Shown: positions 27,991 through 41,785, numbered from the stretch's first letter. The stretch: 64,000 nt of DNA from Lama guanicoe (GCA_013239625.1 MU054220.1:5812626-5876625); one strand, 5' to 3'. Notes: generated by a model from the sequence alone, not told the origin. Made by a program: numbers and translations.

Positions 27991-29278
27991 GTAATATCTA
28001 AATCATTGTATTGTCTAAAAATTAGCAACTGCATAAGGTTACCTGACTATTTCTTCTCTACTGGGTGATGTGACTAAGTGGTGGATGTGGCTTTGCACAT
28101 AGACAGGCTAGAAAGGCACTGTCCATCTGTGGAATACACTTGTTCAGGGAAAATTACTCCAATGGAAAGTCTTGGCCATTCTTAGTTCTTGGAAGCAATA
28201 ATAGGGTCATTTCTCACATGCCTACATGATGTGGTGTGCTCCAGAGAGAGAGAGAGAGGCAGCCTTTGACACCAGAGACATTCTCTCACCCTTTCTTTAT
28301 GGGACTTGTCAAAAGGCTAAGGCGAAGTGAAAAATAGACCAGCCAGCAACGAGGTGAAAAATGACCTTAGGGGTTATGAGTTTCAATCGACTCTGATGAT
28401 GTCTGGGAGACATTTTCATTATATGATAGTTGAATAGGGGAAAGTGGGCAACTTTTCCTTTTGAATAAAATAAATAGCTTAGAATATTTCTTTTTCTATT
28501 GCCTGGCTAAGGATCCAAGGCTCTTTTGCACTACCTTTGAAGCCCTTGGGAATTAGTACTCCAGAGAGATAGATTAAAGAGAAGTTCATTTCTTAGGCAG
28601 ATGTTTCTGTCCTGTGATGTCTCCAGCAGAGAAGAGTCTCAGAGTTATAACAGTCTATGTTTGGTAAAGCACTCAGTTGTAAATCAATCCATACCTTCCA
28701 CCGGATGCCAAGAAGAAATAAAATGCTTCCAAACAGCCAATTCATACAAATATCCTTCCATTATTCCATTTATTTATCCATCCATCCACCAGATAGCCAT
28801 CCTAGTCAGCCATCTATCCAGCCAGCCAGTCACCATTATGAAATTCATTTATTTATTGAGGAATTACAATGCATCTGGCATAATATGCACTTCTGTTGAA
28901 AATATGAGAAAAAGAAGCATAAACTAAATAAAAATATCAGCTGTTAAAAAAAAAGAGATCCATCTAGTCCAACGTTATCTTTGAGAAGCTGAGAAATGAA
29001 GGTTCCAAGTAATAGGAACAACATTTTTTATATAGTTATATGAATTTTCCATATAAATTTTGTGGCAGCCCTAACCAAGCCTTAAAGCAAGTTGGCATCA
29101 AAGCCAGGGCCAAGATCCAGGTCACACAACCTTAGAAAAGGTGTCTGCTCTTTCTGAAGTTATAATCTAAATGTGGAGGAAGAACCAACATATGTGATTC
29201 AATTCAAAACAATTAAATGATACTGTGTAGATATAATCAGTGTCATACACTGTGTTACTTGTTTTGAACTATCTCATG

Positions 29279-29755
29279 GGTCAACTGAAATAAATGTGCA
29301 GCCTAAAAATTAAGAGTTGTTTTATTTGGTGGGAGGACTCGAGCCGGGACGACAGCCCCTCAGATGGCTCTGAGGGACTGCTCCGAAGAGGTAGGGGAGG
29401 TGCTAGGATATATAGGAGGAGCTTTACAACAAAGACCAGGTAGTTGGAACAATAAAAGATTACTTGTTATCTAAAGAAAACCAGGCATCTCAAGTTAAAG
29501 AATTAGTGCTTTTGTATGTATGAGAGAAAGCAAACATTTGGGCTCATTGAATTCATTGTTTTGACAAGCACCTGGCTATCGAGGGCCAGTATCCTGTCCT
29601 TCCTTATTCTGTGTCCGCTCGGGGTGCATCATTGTGAGTGGCTGCAGAGGCTGGGCTGCAGGCTTGTCTTCACTGGGGGATGGCGGGCAGCCAATGATGA
29701 CTTGGTTTCAGCATTCTTTGTTTACTGATATGGTTTGCAGTATTGTTCGTTCACA
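29279..29755 (-). mobile_element. ERV1-type solo LTR (cetartiodactyl MER41-like), 477 bp
   Basis: On the minus strand it begins TGTGAACGAA and carries TATATA (~29409-29414) and AATAAA (~29321-29326). 4-bp TSD catg (29275-29278) / cgtg (29756-29759) differs by one CpG-type transition. Confidence 0.85.
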
Positions 29756-31039
29756 CGTGTATGTTGGTATATATGTAATTATATGTAAATAATAAATTAA
29801 TCTATAATTTACATAAATTTATATATAAACACACATATATGTAAAATAAATGAGGAATGGGTGTGGTTTGGTTGTGGAATAATCAAGAAGGCTCTTAAGG
29901 AGGTATGAGTGTGGAAATGTGTAGTTTAAGCCAGTGGTGAGTAGGATTTAAATTACTGGGAGATGCAGGGAAGGATATGAAGTGGAGGGCCGTGGATAGA
30001 GTGATTGTGGTGTTGCGTTGGTGGAGCTATCCTCGTTGCATTGAAAGATGAGAACTGGCAACAATTATAAACTTCACAACTCTAATCCTTGGGTTACTAT
30101 TCAGTCCTTGTTGTCCTTGTGCTAATTCTTAACTCTAGGGTCTCCTGTGAAGAGAGCTTGGTGATGTCTCAGGGCAGTGCAGGAGATGTTCAAACTCTCT
30201 AAATGAAAAGCAGACCCAGCCCTTCAGGTCTTAGTGGATGGTTTCTTCCAGTGCAATTGGTTTGCTCTTGCCCACTCAGCTTCTTTCAATATGTGTTGGC
30301 AAATCATAACAATGTTTACCCTTGTTGATCTGCATAGCAGACCTCTACTAATTCCTAAACTGCAAATTAAATGCTTGAGGCTGAATAAGATCAGATTAAA
30401 AACTTCACACTTCATAGAGACCGGCTCAGCAGGAGCCGGCAGACTCGTTAAGCCCGTTTAAAGGAGTGGAACAGGCTGTTGTTGTCTGGCAGCCCATTAG
30501 AACAGAAGCTGGAGGAGCCGTAATGTGATATTAAAGCTAATTTCCTACAGGCTGAGAGGTGCCTTGGACACAATAAATAATAATAATAATATTATATTGT
30601 CTTGTCAAAACATGCTTTATACACACATTAATATGACTTATTATTTAACAAGAAGAGTGTTGGCTATAATCTCAATGATATCTACCAGAGTTTTATGAAA
30701 TGGAATTAATATTACAATAGGATCATTTCCTCAGGGGCTTTAATGCAGCAAGAGACTGTTTATGCCAGAGTGTAAATTGTCTTGAAATATAATTACTCAT
30801 AATGCCCTTCTGAGCTGTTCTTGTGATACATCTTGTTAGCAAAATCATTTCTCTTGGAAAACATAAAATAGGTTAGAATTGGCAATTGGAAAGTCCAAAA
30901 ATGTAACTTTTGGAAGCATATTAATTCATTAATTAATGTATTTTTAAAAAGAAGGGAACTAAAATGCAGCTATTTTAATTGACTCTATGTGGAGTTGGAA
31001 GCTCTGGTTCCCTGTGCTTCACCGACATATCTAGCAGGT

Positions 31040-31500
31040 ATTGCAATGATAAGACAAGATGTGATGGTGGCTGGAGTGAGATAGCACCAAGAAATATGAA
31101 GATACAGGAATGGAGATGAGTAGTATTTTAGTAGGCAAAATCAATAGGCCTTGGTACGTGACCATAGTTGGCGATGAGAGAGAAGGAAGTCATACAAATT
31201 GATGACTCAAGAAAATAAAATGGCAAAAGAGAAAAATAAATTTGTAAATAACCTTGAATGACTCCAATTTATGTTTCAGGTAGAGGAGGAAGAAACCATA
31301 AAGGTATTAGAGAGGCCACAGTGAACTGTGAAGTATGTATTGGCACAAAGTTAAAGGAAGAGATTATTTCAAGTTGATGAGAATTCTCAACACTAATATA
31401 TGTTGATATGAGGTCAAGAAATGCAATTTTTAAGACTGCCTAAAAAATTCAGTAATAAGGAGGCTCTTGCTGCCCTTGTTATGAACAGTTCCTTAAGGGC
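31040..31500 (-). mobile_element. L2 fragment
   Basis: Antisense L2 phrases 'gatgtgatggtggctggag...gtaggcaaaatcaataggccttggt'. Confidence 0.55.
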
Positions 31501-31879
31501 TTTGGTCCTAAGAATTACCAGAAACTCCAACAGTTAAATCTCTTCTCTGCAAGTAGCCGCCAATTTTCCATGGCTAATTACCCTAATAGAAGGGTCCATT
31601 GAAGACACTGGATGCCAGCAGGGATGTTATGGTTTGCCCTTGCAGCATGGGGATTGCATATAAAGCAAAAAATACTGAAGTTCCTTGATAGAGAGTAGAC
31701 ATAAGAATGAAACCAAATATGAGAAAGAATCCAAAGGCCATTGGCCAAAGAGGAGCGATGGGCTTGGAATATTAATGACAACTCAGAATAGAGTTCTTTT
31801 CAGAATCAAAGCATCAGCAGAGCTTGGAGAATTAGGCAGATGTCTGAAACAATGTCAATTGTTCATTTCATTCTATATC

Positions 31880-32545
31880 CTTTCCTTGGATCATCTCATC
31901 ATCATATATGATTTTAATAATAATTCCCAGATTTATTCTCCCTACCTATATCTCATTTTTGAGCCTCAAACCCATGTATCTAACTAGCCTGGAGGGCCTC
32001 TCCTGTTAAATGTTCCACAAACTCCAAACTCCAAAAATTCAACCTGCAAAATTGAAGTCATCATCTGTCTCCTTCAAACCTACTTCTCATTACACCATCT
32101 CGATTTAATTCGTCTAGTTAGCCAGACAAGTAACCTAAAGGTCATGTATCTTTCTTTTACATTACCAGCTTCAAATCATGTACCAAATCTTGTTGATTTT
32201 GTTTAGTAAATGCCAGTCAACTCCATTCATGTATTTTCAACTTCCTTGACATTATCCTATCTTATGCCACCATTATCTCTTGTCTGATATTTGCAGTATC
32301 TGCTTACTTCTCTGCCTATTAACAGACCTGGTTCTTGACAATCCACCCAGCCTAATGTAGGCAGAATAGTCATTTTAACATGCATAGTTAACTTTGTCAT
32401 TCTCCTTATTAAAGTTATTCAAAGCCTTTCTCCCGTGCCCTTAAAATAAGGTCTAATTTTATTCATCCAACCTTACGATTTATAACATGGGCCTTGCTTA
32501 TCTCTGCAGTGTTTTTCACATGGTTCTTCCCCTTGCTATATAGTC
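31880..32545 (+). mobile_element. L2 fragment
   Basis: 'ttcccagatttattctc...ctcaaacccatgtatctaactagcct...accaaatcttgttgattt', sense L2 3' half. Confidence 0.7.
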
Positions 32546-32554
32546 CTTTAGCAA

Positions 32555-33265
32555 TGTGGTGGTGAGATGTGGGCAGAAGGGAAGCATTCTGTAGTCCTAT
32601 GATTAGGATCCCTTTTAGTGAGTCTATACTGCTGGACTGTGAAATTCACAAGATTTTCAATGTTTTTCTCCCTGCAAAGACGAAACAGGTTGGCTCGAGC
32701 AGCTGGAGTTGGGTATTTCCCTTCTCTCAGATAAATGAAGCTTTGATAATACTCCAGCAGGTTAAGCTCTGGTTAACTAGTTTTCCCTTAGGATAGGTCT
32801 TATTAAAAGAAAGGAGTGTTCTGGCATATTGCAAAATGGTTCTTTTTCCCTTCTCCCTGCCAGAAGCTTGAGGAGATTTTTCTCAGATACTTACTCTGAG
32901 AACATGGTTGAGCTCCTGTAATCTCACGATATTTTAGGGTCCCCTATGACTGAGTCCCCCTGAAGTTTTTCACTCTCATGTTATCCACCACTGAGCATCC
33001 AGCAATTCATCGATTTCAGTTCTGGTTTCCTACTCAGGCGTTGGTTCTCATAGTGTTTTCTGCTCCTGAGTCTCTGGTCCAGTAAGCCGTGACTTCCTGA
33101 ATTCACCTCTCTCCAATCTTGGGGGCAGAGATTTGCCCTAGGTCCTCCCCTCTCTTATAGATCCAAAAAGAGCTGTTGATTTTTCAGTCTGTTTATCTTT
33201 TTATTTCTTGTTGGGATGGAGTGGCTAATTCCAAGCTTTTTATATACAACACTGGAAATAGAAGT
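32555..33265 (-). mobile_element. Ancient L1 5' end (L1MC-type 5'UTR)
   Basis: The reverse complement begins 'acttctatttccagtg...aagcttggaattagccactccatcccaacaag...actgaaaaatcaacagctc...agggcaaatctctgcccccaagattggagag', resembling L1MC 5' end consensus. Confidence 0.65.
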
Positions 33266-34299
33266 TACTTACTCAGACAAATATTGTTTGTTTCCCCCAG
33301 TTTTGATTTATGTGCCTCATTATACATGCTCCTACTGCACCCTAAACTTCCGCTAAGAAGTTCCCCTCTGGTTGTGTTATAATTAGACTTATTTGCTTCT
33401 CTTTCACAGACGTGAGGAATCTAGAGTCATTTATCAGTGTAAGTCTCAGTAGAGAGCACAATAAGTGAGTGGTTCCCAATAAATGATATTGAATAAGCGA
33501 GCAACTGAAAGCTAGTAAACATTGTCTTGGACTTAACAGAAGTCTAACAACACCTTAATCCATGTATGGTATTTCACGGCAGGCTTTCATCACCCATCAA
33601 TGTCACACCCAAGGTGGACATCCCTAACTGATGGTGCCACTCTTCCATTCTGAATCTAAGTAGGACATTATAATCCCTCTAAACATGCAACCACTACCAG
33701 CCACCAGGAGTTGCCATGTGGGATAAAACTTATTTTTCTCCTATGGCTTAGATCACCCAGACTAAATCTAAATTGGTGACTTAATGTTCTTAAATCTCTC
33801 CTAGGTTTTTTTTTGTGCTGCATCAACACATTAATACTACTTCTGTTTAGAAGTGTAAAAAAGCTGCTGCTGATAAAAGTGGGTAATTCTAGATCCCAAA
33901 AAAGGCCACAGTTTTTCCAGTGAGGCTAGATGATAAATCTAACATCTATGCTTGATCTTGGTTGCTGAGACCCTTGACAAGAAATGGAATAAAAACAGGT
34001 TATTAGAAACATCCATCCATTAAACACATGCATGCCACAGAGATTTATTCATTATTTGCTGTGTGTTGAGAACTGTGCTGTGGTTACTCTGGTGAGTCAA
34101 GCATTAGCCATGCCTTTGAAGAGCTCACAGTCTATCCAGGGAACATGTCATGTAAGAGACTGATTACAATAACAAGCGATAAGTCTGGTGAACGAGTAAC
34201 GCACCAAGTCCTGTGGGACAAAATAGGAAGAACCAGCCAATAATGAGCAAGAAGAAAATCTCCACTGAAGAAGTGATATGAAGTCACGGAGTTCTAGGT

Positions 34300-34980
34300 G
34301 CTCTTCTGCAGTCCTAGCCCATGCCCCTGTCATCCAGTCAGGCTCCTTCTCCCCTCAAAGACCAGTTTCCTCTGCCTCGTCTCCTCACTTTCAAATGATG
34401 GCTTCAATTCCTATTTCACTAGGAAAATAAAAGTGTCTAGAAAAGAATATCCAGAAGTTTCCAACACTTTGTGATCCCACCTGATCTCATTCCCTTCTAA
34501 CATCCATCCCCTACCGTGCTCGCTCCACTCGCAGCGCACAGGCCTCCTCAGTGTTCCTCCAGACACAAGGCCTGGATTCCTCCCTCAGGGCTTCTGCACT
34601 TGCTGTTTCCTCTGCCTCAAGCTCTTTCCCCAAGTGTCTGAAGAACGTGTTCTCTCACATCATTAATATCATGGCTGAACTGCTTGCTACCTGATGTCTA
34701 GCGTCTGCCCTGGCTTCCCTACATAAACTGTATCTTCTAGCCACAATTTTGCTTTCCCCCAAACCTGCTTTATTTTTCTCCATACCTCTTGCCCCTAATC
34801 ACGGTCTACAGTCTCTGTCCTGATTAATTTTTGTATCCTCCCACCCAACTAAAAAATAAACTCCCAGAGGACAGAAACATTAACAGCCTTGTTCGCTGAT
34901 ATCTTCCCATTGTTTAGAACAGAGACTTTAATATATTAGATACTCAGTATGTATTTTTGAATGAAAGAATGGATTGAAGG
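34300..34980 (+). mobile_element. L2 3' fragment
   Basis: 'ctcagggcttctgcacttgctgtttcctctgcct...tagatactcagtatgtatttttgaatgaaagaatg', the L2 tail. Confidence 0.75.
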
Positions 34981-35479
34981 AGTAGGGGCTAGCCCGTAAG
35001 TTATGCTCAATAAACAATACTTACTGAAAAAATTAATACAAGACAAAGAAATAAATTAGTACTGGATAATTTCATACAGTGGAGAGAAAATATCCAAAGG
35101 TCATTGTAGAACCTTTAAGAGTAAGTCTTATGCCTTATAACCTTTGTAGCTTTGGTGTCCGGTAAGCAGTAGATATGCACTGAATAAATGAATGAAAACT
35201 AAATGCTATCCATTAAATTGATTAAACCCATTCAAGTCTGTCAAATCACACTTGAGTATTTAATTATATTGATCAATATTTTCAATAAATACTTTGTGAA
35301 AGAGACGTATTGTAGAACTTTCTGCACAGTATGAGTCCCGTGTGTAAAACAGTATCTTTAGGATAACTATAGACATAGAAAACCAAAAAGATAATTTTTA
35401 AAAATCTGTTAACAGTGGTTATCGCTGTGTTATGGCACAAAGATGAGTCATCTTATATTTTGTGCATTTCATAATTTCT

Positions 35480-35617
35480 TTTTTTTTTTTTTACTTTTTT
35501 TTGGTGGGTAGTAGGTAATTAGGTTTATTTATTTTTTTAACAGAGGTACTGAGGATTGAATCTGGGACCTTGTGCATGCTAAGCATACACTCTACCACTG
35601 AGCTATACCCTTCCCCC
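35480..35617 (-). mobile_element. tRNA-derived SINE (camelid Vic-1-like) with perfect 17-bp TSD
   Basis: Reverse complement GGGGGAAGGGTATAGCTCAGTGGTAGAG (A box)...GATTCAATCC (B box)...AATAAACCTAATTACCT plus A-tail. TSD tgcatttcataatttct at 35463-35479 and 35619-35635. Confidence 0.92.
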
Positions 35618-36539
35618 ATGCATTTCATAATTTCTATAATTCCTGTTCTTAAGTCAAAGTAAAAATATTATACAAATCATTTTATGGTATAAAATAAGGA
35701 GTGAAGGAAGCAGGAAAGAGAAGGCAACAATTAGTGGTCTAGCGGTCTGGGGTTTAAGATTACCTTTCACATTAGTGCAGCTTCGTGAACCATCTGAACA
35801 GTTGGTATTTATGTGTGGTGCACAAAGGCTGAGCTGCCATCAGCAGTTTTCTGAATGTCGCTTGAACTCCTGTCAAGTAACGGGATATTCATTCATCTTC
35901 ATCAGCTATAAATTTGGAATCCCAATTCAATTTAGAAATATTTATTGAGCTCTTAATATGTGCCAGGCGCTCTGCCAGGCCCTGGAGCTACAGAGGCAAA
36001 CAACACACAGTGCATGACCTCAAGGCTTTCCATTTAGACAGAGGAGAGACATGTTTGAAAAACAAAAACAAAACAAACGCAAGCAAGCAAACTAAACCCA
36101 CCAAATTCAGTGCGATTATTACAACGAAGTCTGTGTGAAGGCAGGGACTCAGTCTGTCTTACCCGCTTTTCATCCTTGGTGCCAAACGTGGTGCCCAAAG
36201 TGCAGAAGACCATCAACAGCTGTTTGTTCAATTTTATTTTGATCAATGAAAAGTGAAACTGTCAAAGAATTCCCAGGGTAGGCAGTACCAGAATTCCTTC
36301 TTCAAATAAAATATTAGTTTCTAATCTTTCTTAGAAGCAATTCCAAATGTGAATAATTAGGTCTGGTGTAAATGAGCTGTTCTTATATTTGAAGATTTCA
36401 CTACATGCATGTCTTATTCAGCAGGAATGGGAGACTTAACTACAGGTGGAAAACTTCTTCAAAGACTTGCACAGAGCGCAGATCTGCCTTCCTTTCCATT
36501 TTACTAATGGAAATCAGCTGGAGGGCTAAACATACGGAC

Positions 36540-36760
36540 AAGACAGCCTGTAAAGGGAAAAGAGCATGGATTTTGAGTCAGAGCAACCTGGATTTAGCCA
36601 TGGTGCTCTAATATCCAGCTGGGTGACCTAGAGTAAATTGCTTACTCTCCCTGAGCTTGCTTCTTGATCTTTAAAAATGAAGGGTTAGATACATCTCAGG
36701 GTTATTGTGGAAATTAAATAAAATAATGTGTGAAATTTTCTATGAAAATTAGAGATAATG
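36540..36760 (+). mobile_element. MIR SINE
   Basis: MIR core 'agctgggtgacctagagtaaattgcttactctccctgagcttgcttcttgatctttaaaaatg'. Confidence 0.8.
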
Positions 36761-36767
36761 AATGTGG

Positions 36768-37148
36768 CGTACTAATTTTCGAGGGCTACCATAACAACGT
36801 AGTACAGTTTGAGTGGCTTAAACAGCAGAAATTTATTTTGCCACAATTTTGGAGGCCAGAGGTCTGAGAGCAAGGCATGGGCAGGCTTGGTGTCTTCTGA
36901 GGCCTGTTTCTGTGGCTTGGGACACGGATGCTTTTTCTCTGTGTCTTCACATGTCTTCCTCTGTGTTTATGTCTGTGTCCTGTTCTCCTTTTCTCCATAT
37001 TGGCTTAGGGCTGACTCTAATGATCTCTTTTTAACTAAATTACCTCCTTAAAGGTCCTACCTCCAAGTAGAGTGGCATTCTGGGGGACTAAGGGATTAGG
37101 ACTTCAACATATGAAATTTGGGAGGGACACAGTTCAGCCCACAATACA
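36768..37148 (-). mobile_element. MaLR solo LTR (MLT1A/B-like)
   Basis: 'gggctaccataaca...gtggcttaaacagcagaaatttatt...ttaggacttcaacatatgaaatttggg...gacacagttcagccc'. Confidence 0.88.
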
Positions 37149-38539
37149 TGAGTTTCCTTTCTTATTTCTTCTTCATTAATTTTTTGGTAGAATTTTGATA
37201 TTGTAATTCATTGAAAGCTACTGGTGAATGAAAGACAACTCTCCCCCCACCCCCGCCACCACCCCAAAAGCATGCAAAGCTGTGGGCGTGGCTTAGCAGG
37301 ATGAAGGTTCTTCTTCAGGATCAGTGTTTATTCTTAGATGTAACGTGGGTTTAACGCAGATACATTATGACATTGTAGACCTGATAGAAAATAGAAAGCT
37401 TCATCAGCTACTTAAAAATGTTTTGTATGTTTATCCACAAACTTAAATAGAAAGAAATTGGAGTTCATGGGCTATTTTCAGCTCTTTCGACAACACTTAA
37501 AACTTGATTCCCACTAACATGCTGTATAAACAAGAAACAGGTGTAATAAAGCTAAGTATATAGATACTCAATGTTGCAGGACTTACTGATTGTCCTGGCC
37601 AAGCTCAGACAGGTGCAATACCACCAGCGTCATTTTCTGTGCATAGTAAAATTGATATAAAGAGTAACTCAATAGAAGAGATACAGTCTGCAGTGAAGAG
37701 TTTATAACACTTGTCATAATGGATCTGTCAGAAAAAAAAATGTTTACAGTTCATTGCAGAATATAAAATGTTTGCTAAATCAGCAGTAAAAGTCGAAGCT
37801 CAGATAAATTTGCAGCAAGGGTAGCAACACAACACAGCATAACATAAATACACCCAGCAGGAGAGCAGAAGAAGAAAAAAAAGCAGCAGCAACTTAGTTC
37901 CGAGCAGGATTTGATTTACGTCATACAGAAATATAAGGGGTATTAGGAAGATCAGGGCATCAGAATGCTAACACAAATCAAGATGTCCTGTGCCAGGTGG
38001 GATTGCTTGCACAACAATAAATGGTGGCAGTGCCAGGTAAGAGGCAGCAGCTACTTTTTGAGTTCATTTCAAGTTGGGAAGTTTCTGTGTGTGGGGTGGC
38101 CATGTAATTCTGAATACTGTATTTGGATGTCCGACTGGAACTCAACTGTGTGGACCGTCACCTGACCATTGGTGCAGCTCTTCTCAGATAGAGAATTGCT
38201 GGTTCTGAATTTTGAAAAGGAAAAAAGGGCTATAAAAGAAAGGTTAATGCTATTTTAGGAAACAACTCTTCTTGGTAGGAAGAAGTTGGGAAATAGAGTT
38301 AAGAGTGTCTCTGTCTTCAAAGTAACAGGAGAAGGCCCTTCCAACGGTGTTAGTTCTCTGTGACCGCTCATCCTGATGACTGCTGTGTGGATCAGGAGTG
38401 ATCCCCAAACATAAGTTGGACAAATACATCTCTTTCCACCAGAATTCGGAATTGCTTGTGAATGGGGTAGTCTCTGCGTCATTAAATCTGTAATATGCTT
38501 GCTCCTCTGTGACATTGCATTCCATGCAGCCCACCACTG

Positions 38540-41500
38540 GTCTAGAAAGGGTATGTACATCTCTGTGACCAATTGCTGCTTCCAGATAATTCTTCTTCCC
38601 ACCTCCTCACAGATTCCCACTACTCAGCCTTGTTGTCCTCACCTGCACACTCTTGGGTCACTCCTTAATTCCTTGAAGATTGTAGCCCTTGGTATATTGT
38701 TTCATTCTCCAGCTATACCCCCATCATAACTATTAGTGATTTTAATGTCCATGTGGATGAGAATTCCATTATCTTGGACTTTCAATTCCTAACCTTCTCT
38801 GATTCAATAACTGTGTCCTCCACTACATTAACCACTTATTGCCAAAGTCATATCGTAGGTCGAGATATGACCTGTAAATATAGTCTCCCTGTAGTTGAAA
38901 TGTTAGGCATTCCACATTTAGACCATCCCTCTCATCTAAGTTGCTCCTTGTAGCATCTGAATAACAAATTTTCCACTTTGCCAGGACCTTCGGTCTTTGA
39001 TTTTACCTCATTTTTTAATGGCCTTCATATCCTACTTTCTGTGTCCTCATTTTGATTCTTGAACAGTTTGGATTTCATGGTTCAACACTGCAATAACTCC
39101 CTTGCATGTATTTCCAATTATCTTGTTCATTTCTTACTTTATATACTCACCTGAAAAAATTCTAACCTTGATCATGTCTAACTCTCTTCCCGTAGCTTGG
39201 CTAAACTTCACAACTGAACATGGCTGGAGAAAAACACAACCATCCTGCTTTGTCTGACTGTAAAACTTCAGCCACTACTCTTACTTCTGCCCAACACTCC
39301 TAATTACGTTTCTCTATTCACGCTCACAAACCTAGTGCACCTCTTCTGTTTTTTCCTTGAACATCCAGCACCTCCTCTTCTCTCCTCATACTCAGATGTC
39401 TGCCGTATGTTCTATTTCACTGAGAAAATAGAAACTGAGGGAAGAACTCCCACAAATTTCCACCTTCAAGCCTGCATCTTTGCCCGTGGATTTCTTCCTT
39501 TACTTCTGTTAAAATGGAAGAACTCTTTGCACTCTTCTCTGGGGGTCAGCATCTCCACTTGAACATTGGTCCCATCCTCTTTAACCCACTTAAGAACATC
39601 ATTTCATTAATTCATCTTTTCTTCTTCATTATTAATTTTCATTATCTACCAGATCCTTTTTCCAAGCCTATAATATCTCTCATCTTAAATAAGAGCAGCA
39701 ACAAGAAAAACCTCTTTTGATTACTCTCTCTCCACCTATTGCTCAGTTCTCTGATCCTGCTCCTCTCACAGCAAAGTTTATCAGTACCTGCTGTCTCTAA
39801 TTCTTCTTTTCTCCCATACTCTCTTGAACCATCCTAATCAATCTTTCCACACCCTTTATAACACTGCTTTTGTAAACATCAGCATTGACCTTCTTGTGAC
39901 TAAACAGAACAGTCCTTATTCTGTTCATTTGGTGATCAGAATTTGATGCAGTTGATTGCTACTTCCTTAATTTTTAAATCTTTCTTCCATTGGCTTATAG
40001 AGCATCGGAGATTCTTGATTCTCTCTTATTTTGCTGGCCTCTTGATCTTAATATCCTTTGCTAGTCCTCTTTTATTGCCTCGGCAACTAAACTTCTCAGT
40101 TCTTAGATATCTCTGTCTATCCTCACTCTCTTTGAATATCCATGTTCTCACTTAAACTCATGGCTTTAAATATCATTTATCTGTTGTTAATCTTCAAATA
40201 TATATCTTTATCCCAACCGTTCTCTTCTGAAATTCAGATTCATGTATCAAATTTCCTACTCATCTTCTTCACTTGGAAGTATAAAATACACCTCAAATTT
40301 GATGTGTCCCAAACTGAATTCCTGATTTTCTTCCTCACGTACCTTCCAAAGTCACTGTTCCCATACGATGGCAACTCCATCCTTCTACGTATTGAGGTCA
40401 AAATATTCATGGAAAGAAAGTGCCAATTGTTGATTTGTGGCCTCTTTTATTCTCAGGGATAACTGATGATTCAAATTTGGATCAAATCTTCCACCATTAC
40501 AGTAACTCGTGAAATTTACAGGCACATAAGAGATCCAAGCTCAGATTCTGGCCAAGGTTATTATATACAGGACCAAGCACCTGTACCTCATTGTCGAGAT
40601 TATTTGTCAAGTAATGACTAACCAATATTTAAGAGATGCAGCTGCACCAGAAAATGAGCATAAAATATAAAAGCTGAGGGGACCACAGAGCTGACAGTTT
40701 CCCTGAGCTGACATCAACCTGTTCCTATCAACTTCTTTTCTTATGAACTTGTATATGCAAAAAGCAAAGTGATTTGGGGGCTTCAGAAATTGCTATATGA
40801 GTCAGAAGATCGCTGCTGTGCTATTGTCATGGATTCTACATGGATTCTTATCCTGCATTATTTTTAAAGCTAAGTAAGCATGATGTTTGGTGAAATAAGA
40901 TATCCAATAAATTTGACCATCAGCCTGAAGCAAGACCAAAGCTGCAGGCCAATTGTTATGAGTGTTGCTGTTTAGAATCACATTCTTCTCATGTTCTTCT
41001 CCCATTCCACCTATTCAGTCAGTTAACGAGTTCTGTTGGCTGTATTTTCCAAGTATCTTCAGAATCTGAAAAAATTTCACTTACCTGCACTGCGCTAATC
41101 CTGATCTTAGCCATAGATAATTCTCTCTTAGTTGCTGTAATAGCCTTTTAACTGGTGTCTCTGTCCTTACCCTGTCCACCCACTTCTCCAAACTGCAAGT
41201 AAAATGTTCCTTTCAAGATGAGTCAGATCATGTCACTCTTCTGAGAATCCTCCTAGTGGTTTTCTATGTCACTCAAAGTAAAAGTCAGGTACTTACAGTG
41301 ACCTATAAAGCTCTACCTGGCCCTGCTGCTGCTCTAAAATCTCATCTCCTTTACTTTCCGTATTAATCTCTCTACTCTGGTCACACTGGCACCCTTGTTG
41401 TTTCTTGCAAATGACCAGACCTCCACCAGGAGGACTTTGCACCTGCAGTTCTTTCTGCTAGAAGGTTCTTTCTCAGAATATTTGCATGACTTTTCCACTC

Positions 41501-41785
41501 ACCTCCTCTAGGACCTTGCTCCAACATCATCTTCTCAATGAAGCTTTCCTTGACTAAAGATAATCGAGGAATCTAAACTTACAGCCCCTCCCTTTCTCCA
41601 TTTTTCTTCCTATTCCTTAACAATTAAATAAATGATTTATTTGTTTATTACCTGTCTCCGTCTCCTAGAATGTCAGCTCTAGTAGGACATGACTTTCTGT
41701 TTGCTTATTCACTTCTGTTTGTGTAGTGCCTAGAATAAGCCCAAGACTTGGTAGCTGCTCAATAAATATTAGTGGAATAAAGTAG
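38540..41785 (+). mobile_element. Long L2 LINE remnant (endonuclease to 3' tail), interrupted at ~40410-40980
   Basis: ISDFNVHVD at 38732 (cf. the APE endonuclease GDFN motif). Pyrimidine-rich L2 body. Tail 'tgctcaataaatattagtggaataaa' at ~41756-41780. Confidence 0.75.

Noticed and set aside
35540..35617. tRNA-like sequences here and at 58633-58700
   Set aside because: These are SINE heads with SINE tails and TSDs, not tRNA genes.
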